Origin: Arenicellales bacterium
Lineage (GTDB): Bacteria; Pseudomonadota; Gammaproteobacteria; Arenicellales; Poriferihabitantaceae
Length of the DNA: 64,000 nucleotides
Assembly (NCBI GenBank): GCA_965231865.1
Contig: CBDDOJ010000002.1
Span: 493,837 to 557,836 of the forward strand
Direction: 5' to 3'
The notes beneath the pieces were generated by a model. That model was not told where the DNA came from, ran no database searches, and saw only the letters and a program-made list of their open reading frames with translations. The translations under genes and the position numbers were made by a program. Below are positions 19,275 through 26,999 of the stretch, one piece after another (the first letter of the stretch is position 1; every line of letters starts with the position of its first letter).

Positions 19275-19551
19275 GGCGTCCTCCATCCTTTTTTGATTGC
19301 GGTCTGGATGACGCGTCCCCACGGGGCTGAACCACCACTTCCAGCCCCAATGTGCGCAGTGCTTGCAACACTTTGCCTAGTTCTGCGGTTTCCTTGCCGC
19401 GCTCAAACTCAGATAGAAAGCGGGTACTCAGATTGCCCAGTCCGGAAATCGTTTCCAGTGTCAGCTTCCGTTGTTTTCGGTGAGCACGCACAAGCTTGCC
19501 GAGGTCTTCAGCCGATCGAACCGCACTGTATTGCACCGGATCGTTTCTCAT
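19267..19551 (-). CDS. hipB: HipB-like XRE-family antitoxin
   Basis: 94 aa with the HTH segment LGKLVRAHRKQRKLTLETISGLGNLSTRFLSEFERGK, immediately upstream of hipA. Confidence 0.85.
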   Translation of the reverse strand: MRNDPVQYSAVRSAEDLGKLVRAHRKQRKLTLETISGLGNLSTRFLSEFERGKETAELGKVLQALRTLGLEVVVQPRGDASSRPQSKKDGGRHA

Positions 19552-19568
19552 CTTTCACCTGCAAAAAA

Positions 19569-19689
19569 TTACCGTACGGTAAAAAATAGCATGTGTATGA
19601 TGTCAGAGCAACAAATATATACCGTACGTGATAATTGTACGTAATTTTGATTCAGGGATGGATTTTATATCACGTACGGTAAAAAATAG
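19569..19689 (-). promoter_or_regulatory. hipBA promoter/operator region with repeated CGTACG-core palindromes
   Basis: There is a perfect 14-bp palindrome TTACCGTACGGTAA (19569-19582). Related sites are at 19620-19631, 19635-19644 and 19670-19682. CGTACGGTAAAAAATAG recurs exactly 100 bp apart. On the minus strand, TTGCTC, 17 nt, then TATTTT lies just upstream of the first palindrome. Confidence 0.45.
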
Positions 19690-19722
19690 GCTGCGGGCAT
19701 ATAAAAAAACAGGCCGGTTCCA

Positions 19723-19905
19723 CTATAACCACGTGTCGATGAGGTCTTCGTGCAGGGCACCGAGGATGCCATGGCGGCCGGCATAGACGTTGCCGATTTT
19801 GTCCCGGTGTTTCCTGGCCGTTTCGATGACGCCGGCGGCGGAAGCATTGATGACCGCGGTCACCCCGCCGGACTGGGCATAAAAGGCATTTGGGATGCGG
19901 TTCAT
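19723..19905 (-). pseudogene. 5' fragment of pfp (58 codons)
   Basis: It encodes MNRIPNAFYAQSGGVTAVINASAAGVIETARKHRDKIGNVYAGRHGILGALHEDLIDT, identical to the pfp N-terminus, then diverges and stops. Confidence 0.85.
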
Positions 19906-19928
19906 TTTGTGCGGGGATCGGCTAATTC
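19731..19928. repeat. direct repeat copy 2, left part (interrupted by the IS)
   Basis: It aligns to 17326-17523 at an offset of 2405 bp, with 3 mismatches. Confidence 0.9.
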
Positions 19929-21715
19929 GTGTCTGGCATGAAAACCCCTTGATTTTGCGCGACCGGAGGAGTGAAAGCAATTTTGCAGGGTCCCTCCGGC
20001 GAATTGCGGAGGAGATTTTCGCTCAATGCCGCTTATTTTCGGCGGTTTGAGGCACGATTTGGCGGAATTTTACGCTCCAGGTCATAGGAGACCCTCCCCG
20101 TCGGTGCGGGGGCAGATCTGACCGGGTGAATAGGGCGTCAGGCAGCCAGGCGGTGTCTGTCACGATGCGTTTTCTCCGATTTCTGCAACATCCGGCCGAG
20201 TTGGTGCAGGTTGGCAGCAACGATGGCCAGCCCGACGGTTCTCTCGAACCCGTCGGCTCCTTTCGCCCGGACTCTGTCAAGTCCGTGATGCTCCAGGTGA
20301 TTGATTGCTGACTCCACGGCGGGGTGCTGTTTCCGTGCCCGGGAAAAGTTTTCTTCGGACTCCCGTTCCTGGTCCGCGGCATTCAGTCGGCCCTTTTTCG
20401 GCAAGGCCACCATGTCAAGCAGATTCTCCAGACGCCTGCGATTCTCCGGGCTGTGAAAGCCCCGGTCAAAGCTGCACTCCTGCAGGTCCGGGTGCATCTC
20501 CTGGCAGGACTCAATCAGGGGAACCGCTACATCCACATCCCCGCCTTGCCACATGATCTGATAATCCAGCACAAACTGGTGCTGGTCCTCGACAATGGCC
20601 AGGGGAACTCCGAGTTCCACCGGACGCCCCGCCTTGCCTTTCGATATCCACCGGGTATGCTCCTCGAATACCGAAAAGATTTTCTCGGAATGCTCAATCA
20701 CTTCGCCCTGCAACACCCGGCGGTCGATCTGGTCGGTGAATAGGTGGATATGCTTCAGATAATGGCGGATCTTCTCCATCCAGGCGGTGGATGCCCCGGC
20801 TTCCTTCAGGGCAACCAGAGATAACTCCGCTTTCCCGGCCATCTTCCGGCAGATCTTCAGATACTCCGACACCTGATCCGGTCGCTTCGTCCAAAGCCGG
20901 GCTGTGGCGACTCGATTGAACCGCTTGCGCACCTGTTTGGTCAGGTGCCGGTGCTGCCGCCAGCCTTTCACATCATGCAATTCACAAGCCTTGCCGGTTT
21001 CGCGGATCAGGCAACGAGTGGAATCCAATAGGAGGTTGAAATCAGTCGGGTAGTGGACGTCCGTCTCCACCACGAAACTATCACATCGCCCGGCCAACGT
21101 TTCTCCAGGCTTTTTTTTTGCGACCGTATGCCCCGTGGAAACCACCAGTCGGTTGACCTCACGCAGCAGTTCCGGAGTCAGCAGGGCCACATTGTCCACG
21201 ATCCGGGCCCGGACGTAGTAGGTATTGTCGATGCCGTCCATACCATGACCCAACATCTTGCGTATCGTTCGGTGCTCGTTGGCCAGATCATGCAGACGGT
21301 CGAAATCGCAGTTCAGTCCTTCCTTGAGAATGCCCAATACCAGAATCCGCCACATCTCCATTCCCGGACGCCCAACGGTGCGGTCGGTATCCGGTCGGAT
21401 ATGGGCTTCGAGCAACTCGAACAGCTCCTTGCGGGTATCCGGGTCGGTATAGATCAGTTGAAGGCCCTTCAACAGGGCCGGAATGTCGTCCCGGGACTTT
21501 TCGTCGAGGGCGATCTGTTCAATCGGGACGGAACCCAGAGGGGATTGGAGATCGATGACCGTTCTCATGCTGTACAATGCCTCGAAGATTTGCCGTAAAT
21601 GGCGGTTTCAGGGGGTTTTCCCTTCGGATTGTACTATATTCGCGAAATCTTCGCCACAAAAAAACGGGTAGTTATTCAAATAAATCAATCGTTTATGGGG
21701 TTTTCTGACAAGCAC
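19929..21715 (-). mobile_element. intact insertion sequence (~1.8 kb) with imperfect terminal inverted repeats and a 6-bp target duplication
   Basis: The ends are GTGTCTGGCATGAAAACCCC (19929-) and GGGGTTTTCTGACAAGCAC (-21715). TAATTC is present on both flanks (19923-19928 and 21716-21721). There is a single transposase ORF. Confidence 0.8.
20138..21577 (-). CDS. DDE transposase (IS4/IS5/ISNCY-like)
   Basis: 479 aa, with DSFVVETDVHYPTD, FDRGFHSPEN and HPAVESAINHLEHHGLDR. The exact IS family was not determined. Confidence 0.8.
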   Translation of the reverse strand: MYSMRTVIDLQSPLGSVPIEQIALDEKSRDDIPALLKGLQLIYTDPDTRKELFELLEAHIRPDTDRTVGRPGMEMWRILVLGILKEGLNCDFDRLHDLANEHRTIRKMLGHGMDGIDNTYYVRARIVDNVALLTPELLREVNRLVVSTGHTVAKKKPGETLAGRCDSFVVETDVHYPTDFNLLLDSTRCLIRETGKACELHDVKGWRQHRHLTKQVRKRFNRVATARLWTKRPDQVSEYLKICRKMAGKAELSLVALKEAGASTAWMEKIRHYLKHIHLFTDQIDRRVLQGEVIEHSEKIFSVFEEHTRWISKGKAGRPVELGVPLAIVEDQHQFVLDYQIMWQGGDVDVAVPLIESCQEMHPDLQECSFDRGFHSPENRRRLENLLDMVALPKKGRLNAADQERESEENFSRARKQHPAVESAINHLEHHGLDRVRAKGADGFERTVGLAIVAANLHQLGRMLQKSEKTHRDRHRLAA

Positions 21716-21721
21716 TAATTC

Positions 21722-21759
21722 AGTGACTTGCCGGTACTGCCGGAACCAACCCCTTCCCG
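21722..21759. repeat. direct repeat copy 2, right part (beyond the IS)
   Basis: AGTGACTTGCCGGTACTGCCGGAACCAACCCCTTCCCG is identical to 17524-17561. Confidence 0.85.
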
Positions 21760-22120
21760 ATCTCTCGTTCGTCGGCGTACCGATGAGGGAATCCCAGGCG
21801 GTACCGGGGCTGGGAATCACCGCAACTTCGCACAACCCGGTGGTGCCGGCAGCCGGGCGGTGGAGGATGAACAGGCTGATTGCATGGAAGATCACGAAGC
21901 GGGTGCATTCCGGCAGGGCAGATTCCCGGTTCGGGACGGATTGTTCCGGGTCCAAGGGACATTCTGGTCGTGATTGGGGCCCCGGCCTTTTTTGGTGCAG
22001 AAATGGGCGGTTGCGGAGGCGGTGACAGTGCGCCCTTTCAGGGCGTACCACTGTTTTGCGCTGACACGCAACAGGATTCATTTTTGACATCGTATATGAT
22101 GTGATCCACTATTCAGTGTT

Positions 22121-22545
22121 GTGCATAGATTCGTTTTGGATGCTGACGTTGTCGTGGTGGTCATGCGTAGCCCAATTGGGACATCTGCGGCTTTATTGGG
22201 AAAAGTGCTGGATCAATGGGTCACGATGCTGACCAGCGTGCCGCTGTTTTTTGAATATGAAGCGCAGTGTACCTCCCCTTCATTGGACCGCTGCAGGATT
22301 AACGCAAGAGCAGGCGAGTGTATTTTTGAGTGGCTTGGCGGCGTTGATCACACCGGTGAAAATGCATTATTCATGGCGTCCATCGCTGCGGGACCCCAAT
22401 GACGAAATGGTGTTGGAAACGGCCGTCAATGGACGTGCTGATCATGATCGTTACCTTCAATTTGCGGGACTATGGTAGGGTGCCAGACCGTTTCAATATC
22501 GAGGTTCTGAGACCGGGTACCGCGATCAGGAGAGTAAGAAAATGA
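22121..22545 (+). pseudogene. PIN-domain toxin gene with at least two frameshifts
   Basis: Three frames together give RFVLDADVVVVVMRSPIGTSAALL..SVPLFFEYEA / GLTQEQASVFLSGLAALITPV..WRPSLRDPNDEMVLETAVNGRAD / IVTFNLRDYGRVPDRFNIEVLRPG. The shifts lie near 22262-22275 and at GATCATGATC (22440-22449). Confidence 0.7.
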
Positions 22546-22796
22546 GTGAGAAGTCCACCTATCCATTAAGGTTGCCCAAATCGCTTAAAGATGAAGTAGC
22601 CAAAGTGGCCAAACGAGACGGGACAAGTATGAATCAGTTTATCGCCATTGCGGTGGCTGAAAAAATCTCTGCGTTGGAAACCGGGCAATTTTTTGCTGAA
22701 CGCGCCAAAGGCTCGGATCTTGAAGCCTTCAGGGCGATTCTGTTTCGTCCCGGTGGTGAACTCCCCCGCTCTGGGGATGAAGTAGTCGATCAATAA
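22542..22796 (+). CDS. ribbon-helix-helix (CopG/Arc-like) antitoxin
   Basis: 84 aa with YPLRLPKSLKDEVAKVAKRDGTSMNQFIAIAVAEKIS. Its ATG overlaps the stop of the PIN reading frame (ATGA). Confidence 0.75.
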   Translation: MSEKSTYPLRLPKSLKDEVAKVAKRDGTSMNQFIAIAVAEKISALETGQFFAERAKGSDLEAFRAILFRPGGELPRSGDEVVDQ

Positions 22797-22812
22797 CCCT
22801 GAATCTGGAAGG

Positions 22813-23157
22813 ATGAACACCGCCGCCATTAAAATCCGGATGACGCCTTCCCACCCGGGGGAGTTCGTTCGGCTTGAAATCATTGAAGCCCTGAATCTGA
22901 CCATTTCGGCGGCCGCAGAGATTCTTGGTGTACGCCGGGCAACACTCTCAGCCTTGCTGAATGGCAAGGCTGCCCTATCACCCGAAATGGCGTTGCGTCT
23001 TGAAAAGGCTTTCGATATCCATATGGATCTGTTGATGCGGATGCAGGCCTGGCATGACGTTGCACGCATGCGTCGCCTGGCGGATAAAATTGCTACGGAT
23101 GTACGTCGATATGAAAGCCGAACTGGTGTATCAGGAAATGGTGGACGAATACGATGA
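22813..23157 (+). CDS. higA: HigA-family XRE antitoxin-like protein
   Basis: The segment HPGEFVRLEIIEALNLTISAAAEILGVRRATLSALLNGKAALSPEMALRLEKAF is the HigA signature. No higB is adjacent. Confidence 0.8.
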   Translation: MNTAAIKIRMTPSHPGEFVRLEIIEALNLTISAAAEILGVRRATLSALLNGKAALSPEMALRLEKAFDIHMDLLMRMQAWHDVARMRRLADKIATDVRRYESRTGVSGNGGRIR

Positions 23158-24014
23158 CCGACAATCGCGATTTTCCTGCCCACGCCACATTCTCGCAACG
23201 CTATGGATACGAACCATTACCAGAGCCAATGCGGCTTGAGGAAATTTCGGATGATTTGAGGCGCGAAATTTGGAACGGTGTTTATTCTTACATCAGCTCT
23301 TTAGATCTATATGGAGTTACAGAAAAACGCATACAAGTTGCATTGGGAAGATATCACAGTAAGCCGGAGAGTCAAATTAACACTAACTACATCCCGGTAG
23401 AGGGGGATATGGAAAACACCATTCTGTATCACGACTTCAATAAGGTTTTGGACTTTCTTGAAATTGTAATTGAAGAAAAGGTTATTCCTAAGTACCTCCG
23501 ATTGGAAATTGGGAGATTATTTGAAAAGCATGGAGCCGCTTATCGGCTGGATTTTTCAAGTACTCCCTATCGATTCGTTCCAAGTGCAAGCAAAGAACAG
23601 AGTGAATCAACACAACATGCTCTCCAAACGCTCCATGAAGGTAACATGGATGGAGCCACAACACATTTGCGTCAAGCGGCGGAACATATCAACGCATGCC
23701 AGTATGCTGATGCGATCACCGATTGCATTCTTGCGGTCGAGTCCGTGGCCCGGATAATCGACCCCCAATCCAGTGCTACGTTGGGACCGGCACTACATTC
23801 CCTTGAACAGACCGGCGTGCTGAATCATCCAGTGCTCAAGCAGGCGTTCCTTAAACTATACGGCTATACCAACGACGAACAGGGTCTGCGCCATGCTCTT
23901 CTTGATCAGGATGCCGCCGGTGTCGGTCTGTCCGAGGCTGTGTTCATGTTCGGGGCCTGCGCGTCCTTCGCTGCTTACCTGGTGCAGAAGCACCAGCAGG
24001 CTGGAGGGACATGA
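23154..24014 (+). CDS. AbiJ-like protein (AbiJ-NTD-like N-terminus, Abi_C/HEPN-like C-terminus)
   Basis: 286 aa. The N-terminus FSQRYGYEPLPEPMRLEEISDDLRREIWN and the C-terminal LKLYGYTNDEQGLRHALLD resemble AbiJ-type abortive-infection proteins, from memory of the family. Its ATG overlaps the higA stop (ATGA). Confidence 0.55.
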   Translation: MTDNRDFPAHATFSQRYGYEPLPEPMRLEEISDDLRREIWNGVYSYISSLDLYGVTEKRIQVALGRYHSKPESQINTNYIPVEGDMENTILYHDFNKVLDFLEIVIEEKVIPKYLRLEIGRLFEKHGAAYRLDFSSTPYRFVPSASKEQSESTQHALQTLHEGNMDGATTHLRQAAEHINACQYADAITDCILAVESVARIIDPQSSATLGPALHSLEQTGVLNHPVLKQAFLKLYGYTNDEQGLRHALLDQDAAGVGLSEAVFMFGACASFAAYLVQKHQQAGGT

Positions 24015-24179
24015 ACACAGCTTGTGTTCATGTAGGTTAGCCGTTCGGGTTGCAACCTTCTCGTTTTGCCCTTTCTCCCGGTTTACCGCTCGGGTAAACC
24101 CCTTCCATTATATCGACTGTAGTTTTATGCCGATATCGGCATAACCAATAGGAGCCTGTTTTTAAAAGGACCCTTCGGG

Positions 24180-24403
24180 AGTGGGTCATTGGGCGTAAGC
24201 TCAGCTTCGGTTCCCAAGTGTCCAAGGGTTGAATTCAAGGCGACGATGCACACGGTATTGGGAACGTGCGGGCCTGGCTGGTGGACACTCAGGCCCAGCT
24301 GCTGGGCTCCCTAGGACTGGCGCAGTCGCCTGTCCACAATGTTCCGGATGATCGATACCCGATCCAGCTCTCGATTGCTCAATATAACGGTCTCTTTTGT
24401 CAT
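24180..24403 (-). pseudogene. remnant of an IS transposase N-terminal HTH region
   Basis: A GAGGAGG RBS precedes an ATG at 24403. The product reads MTKETVILSNRELDRVSIIRNIVDRRLRQS, then a stop, then ..AQQLGLSV.. and decays. This resembles the HTH leader of rve/ISNCY-type transposases. Confidence 0.4.
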
Positions 24404-24419
24404 GGGTCCTCCTCAATGA

Positions 24420-24456
24420 AAAAGAGGACATTTTAATATTGCTAAAAGAGGACATT
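24420..24456. repeat. two 13-bp direct repeats, AAAAGAGGACATT
   Basis: They lie at 24420-24432 and 24444-24456, just upstream of the transposase remnant. Confidence 0.6.
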
Positions 24457-24552
24457 ACTACTTTGCGTTAACACAATCCCCTGATTCGGCTTGAATTGTT
24501 GCGCCAAACAGGTTAGATTCCGCAACCCTTTGGTGGTCATTGAATTAAAACC

Positions 24553-24687
24553 ATGAAACGTACCTTTCAACCGAGCGGAGTGAAACGAAAACGAACCCAC
24601 GGATTCCGTGCGCGCATGCGTACTCGAGGTGGACGGGCCATCATCAATGCCCGTCGAGCCAAGGGACGGACCCGCCTGAGCGCGTAG
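24553..24687 (+). CDS. rpmH: 50S ribosomal protein L34
   Basis: It is below the ORF-track length cutoff. Hand translation gives [44 protein letters not shown]. Confidence 0.95.
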   Translation: MKRTFQPSGVKRKRTHGFRARMRTRGGRAIINARRAKGRTRLSA

Positions 24688-24701
24688 ACAGGAGTGATTC
24701 C

Positions 24702-25067
24702 ATGCCGCAAGCCGCGGCAAAGCTGGGGCGAAATCGCAAATTGCTGGATGGTGGACAGTTCAAGTCGGTTTTCAGCCAGAAAAAATCCATACATGGCAAG
24801 TATTTTGGTATGCATGTGATCCGCAATCGCCTGAACCACCCGAGACTGGGGATGGCGGTATCGAAAAAAGTCAGCAAAAAAGCAGTACAGCGCAATCGGA
24901 TAAAACGTCAAATCCGGGAATCGTTCCGGTTGTGCCAGGACACCCTGGTTCCCATGGACTGTGTGGTGGTTTCGAAAATCGGGTGCGCCGACCAGGAAAA
25001 CCGGGTGCTGAGGACCGAACTGGATGGTTTGTGGTCGAGAGCGAATAAGAAATGCGAAAATTTTTAA
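24702..25067 (+). CDS. rnpA: ribonuclease P protein component
   Basis: 121 aa with [29 protein letters not shown], immediately after rpmH. Confidence 0.9.
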   Translation: MPQAAAKLGRNRKLLDGGQFKSVFSQKKSIHGKYFGMHVIRNRLNHPRLGMAVSKKVSKKAVQRNRIKRQIRESFRLCQDTLVPMDCVVVSKIGCADQENRVLRTELDGLWSRANKKCENF

Positions 25068-25270
25068 TACTGTTGCTGAAAATATACCAGCTGGGTATCA
25101 GCCCCTATCTTGGGCGCAATTGCCGATTCCATCCTACCTGTTCGAGTTATGCCAGGGAAGCCATTGCCCGATACGGTTCGGTGCGTGGTGGCTGGTTGAC
25201 GGCAAAGCGGGTCGCACGATGCCATCCGTGGCATGAAGGGGGCGTTGACCCCGTCCCGCCATCTTCCTGA
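25052..25270 (+). CDS. yidD: membrane protein insertion efficiency factor YidD
   Basis: 72 aa with [41 protein letters not shown]. Confidence 0.9.
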   Translation: MRKFLILLLKIYQLGISPYLGRNCRFHPTCSSYAREAIARYGSVRGGWLTAKRVARCHPWHEGGVDPVPPSS

Positions 25271-25313
25271 CGGAATGCCGCGAAGAAAAACGGGTTTGGG
25301 ATTCGGATAAATC

Positions 25314-26999
25314 ATGCAGTTTCAAAGAATCATGCTGCTTGGCGCTCTGGGCCTGGTACTGGTCATGCTCTGGCAGTCCTGGGTAGAGTTCCAGGCAACG
25401 TATACCGGGTACAGCGAACAGAACCAGGCATCCGGGGGAGCCGATGGCGAGGCCGTGGACAGGTTCGAGGATGTTCCCGACGCGCCGGAAGCCACGACCC
25501 CTTCGGTGGCAACCGCCTCCCCGGAACCCGTCCCGGTGGCCGAGGGAAGTGGAGACCAGGGAAAACTGATTAGGGTGACCACAGACCTGGTCAATGCCGA
25601 GATTGATACCCTGGGGGGTGACTTGGTCCGGGTGGAATTGCTCCAGCATCCCGTGAGTGTCGATACCCCGGACCAGCCTTTCATACTGATGCATCGAGAT
25701 CCCTTCTCGCTGTATGTTGCACAAAGCGGGCTGATTGGAAAGGACCGGGAATACCCCAACCACAATACGCAGTACACGGCCTCCACCTACAGTTATCACC
25801 TCGGTGATGCCGACGGCATCGATGTGGTCCTGAACTGGACGTCCCCCGATGGGGTGGTCTATGACAAGATCTTCCACTTCAAGCGGGACAGTTATCGTGT
25901 GGAGATCGATTTTCGTGTCCAGAACCACAGCGATACGCCCTGGACGGGCTTTGCCTACGGTCAACTCAAGCAAACCGAGGTGGAAGCCCCGGGTTCAATG
26001 GGCTTTCTCGGGAGATTGCCCAGCTACAACGGCGCGGCGATCTATACGGAAGCGGACAAGTACGAAAAAATTGACTATGGCGAGATCCAGGAAGGGCCCC
26101 TGAATGTCAGCACCCCGGATGGCTGGGTCGCCATGCTCCAGCATTATTTCGTTTCAGCGTGGCTGCCGGTGGGGTCGGAAAACTACCAGATCTATTCCGG
26201 CATCAACCGGGACACGGCAAACCCCCAGTATCGGATCGGATATAAAACCACGGACCCCACCGTGGTGGAACCAGGTCACGAAGGAGTGGTCAATACGGTA
26301 TTGTTCGTGGGCCCCAAGGAACAGCGCCGCCTGGATGAGCAAGGGGCCAATGGACTGAAGCTCACGGTGGACTACGGGTGGCTGACGCCGGTGGCAAACC
26401 CCTTGTTCTGGCTGCTTGACAAGATTTTCGGCTTCACCCAAAACTGGGGCTGGGCCATCATACTGCTGACCTTCCTGGTCAAGCTGGTGTTCTACCCCCT
26501 GTCCGCCGCGAGTTACAAGTCCATGGCAAAGATGAAAAAGCTGCAGCCGCGGATGACCACGCTGAAAGAGCGTTACAGCGACGACAAGCAGAAGTTTCAA
26601 CAGGAAATGATGAAGCTGTACAAGGCTGAAAAAGTCAATCCGGCCGGCGGATGTCTTCCCATCCTGGTACAGATTCCGGTATTTATCGCGCTGTACTGGG
26701 TGTTGCTCGAAAGCGTGGAATTGCGCCAGGCCAGTTTCATGCTGTGGTTGACGGACCTGTCCCTTCCAGACCCGTATTTCGTGTTGCCCATCATCATGGG
26801 GGTCTCCATGCTCGCCCAGCATTTCCTTAATCCCGCCCCGGTGGACCCGCTCCAGAAAAAAATAATGATGGCGCTGCCGTTTGTCTTTACCGTTTTCTTC
26901 CTGTGGTTTCCGGCAGGACTGGTTCTTTACTGGGTGGTCAACAACCTGCTTTCGATTGCCCAGCAATACTACATCACCCGAAAATTTGCGGACTCCTGA
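25314..26999 (+). CDS. yidC: membrane protein insertase YidC
   Basis: 561 aa with NWGWAIILLTFLVKLVFYPL, KMKKLQPRM and NPAGGCLPILVQIPVFIALY. Confidence 0.95.
   Translation: MQFQRIMLLGALGLVLVMLWQSWVEFQATYTGYSEQNQASGGADGEAVDRFEDVPDAPEATTPSVATASPEPVPVAEGSGDQGKLIRVTTDLVNAEIDTLGGDLVRVELLQHPVSVDTPDQPFILMHRDPFSLYVAQSGLIGKDREYPNHNTQYTASTYSYHLGDADGIDVVLNWTSPDGVVYDKIFHFKRDSYRVEIDFRVQNHSDTPWTGFAYGQLKQTEVEAPGSMGFLGRLPSYNGAAIYTEADKYEKIDYGEIQEGPLNVSTPDGWVAMLQHYFVSAWLPVGSENYQIYSGINRDTANPQYRIGYKTTDPTVVEPGHEGVVNTVLFVGPKEQRRLDEQGANGLKLTVDYGWLTPVANPLFWLLDKIFGFTQNWGWAIILLTFLVKLVFYPLSAASYKSMAKMKKLQPRMTTLKERYSDDKQKFQQEMMKLYKAEKVNPAGGCLPILVQIPVFIALYWVLLESVELRQASFMLWLTDLSLPDPYFVLPIIMGVSMLAQHFLNPAPVDPLQKKIMMALPFVFTVFFLWFPAGLVLYWVVNNLLSIAQQYYITRKFADS

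Noticed and set aside
21608-22120. 160-aa and 80-aa minus-strand ORFs beyond the IS, possibly a diverged or frameshifted paralogue of the 127-aa gene
   Set aside because: Only the last 38 bp are truly shared, as part of the direct repeat. Upstream similarity (ECTRFVIFH versus GCNFVVFK) is marginal, the sequence is Arg/Pro-rich, and the frame runs into the IS. There is no supportable CDS.
22085-22125. DnaA-box-like sequences (TGATCCACT here and TGTGGATTA at 4700-4708), considered because of the rpmH/mnmG context
   Set aside because: These are isolated imperfect boxes. There is no cluster and no adjacent AT-rich unwinding element, so no oriC can be called in this window.
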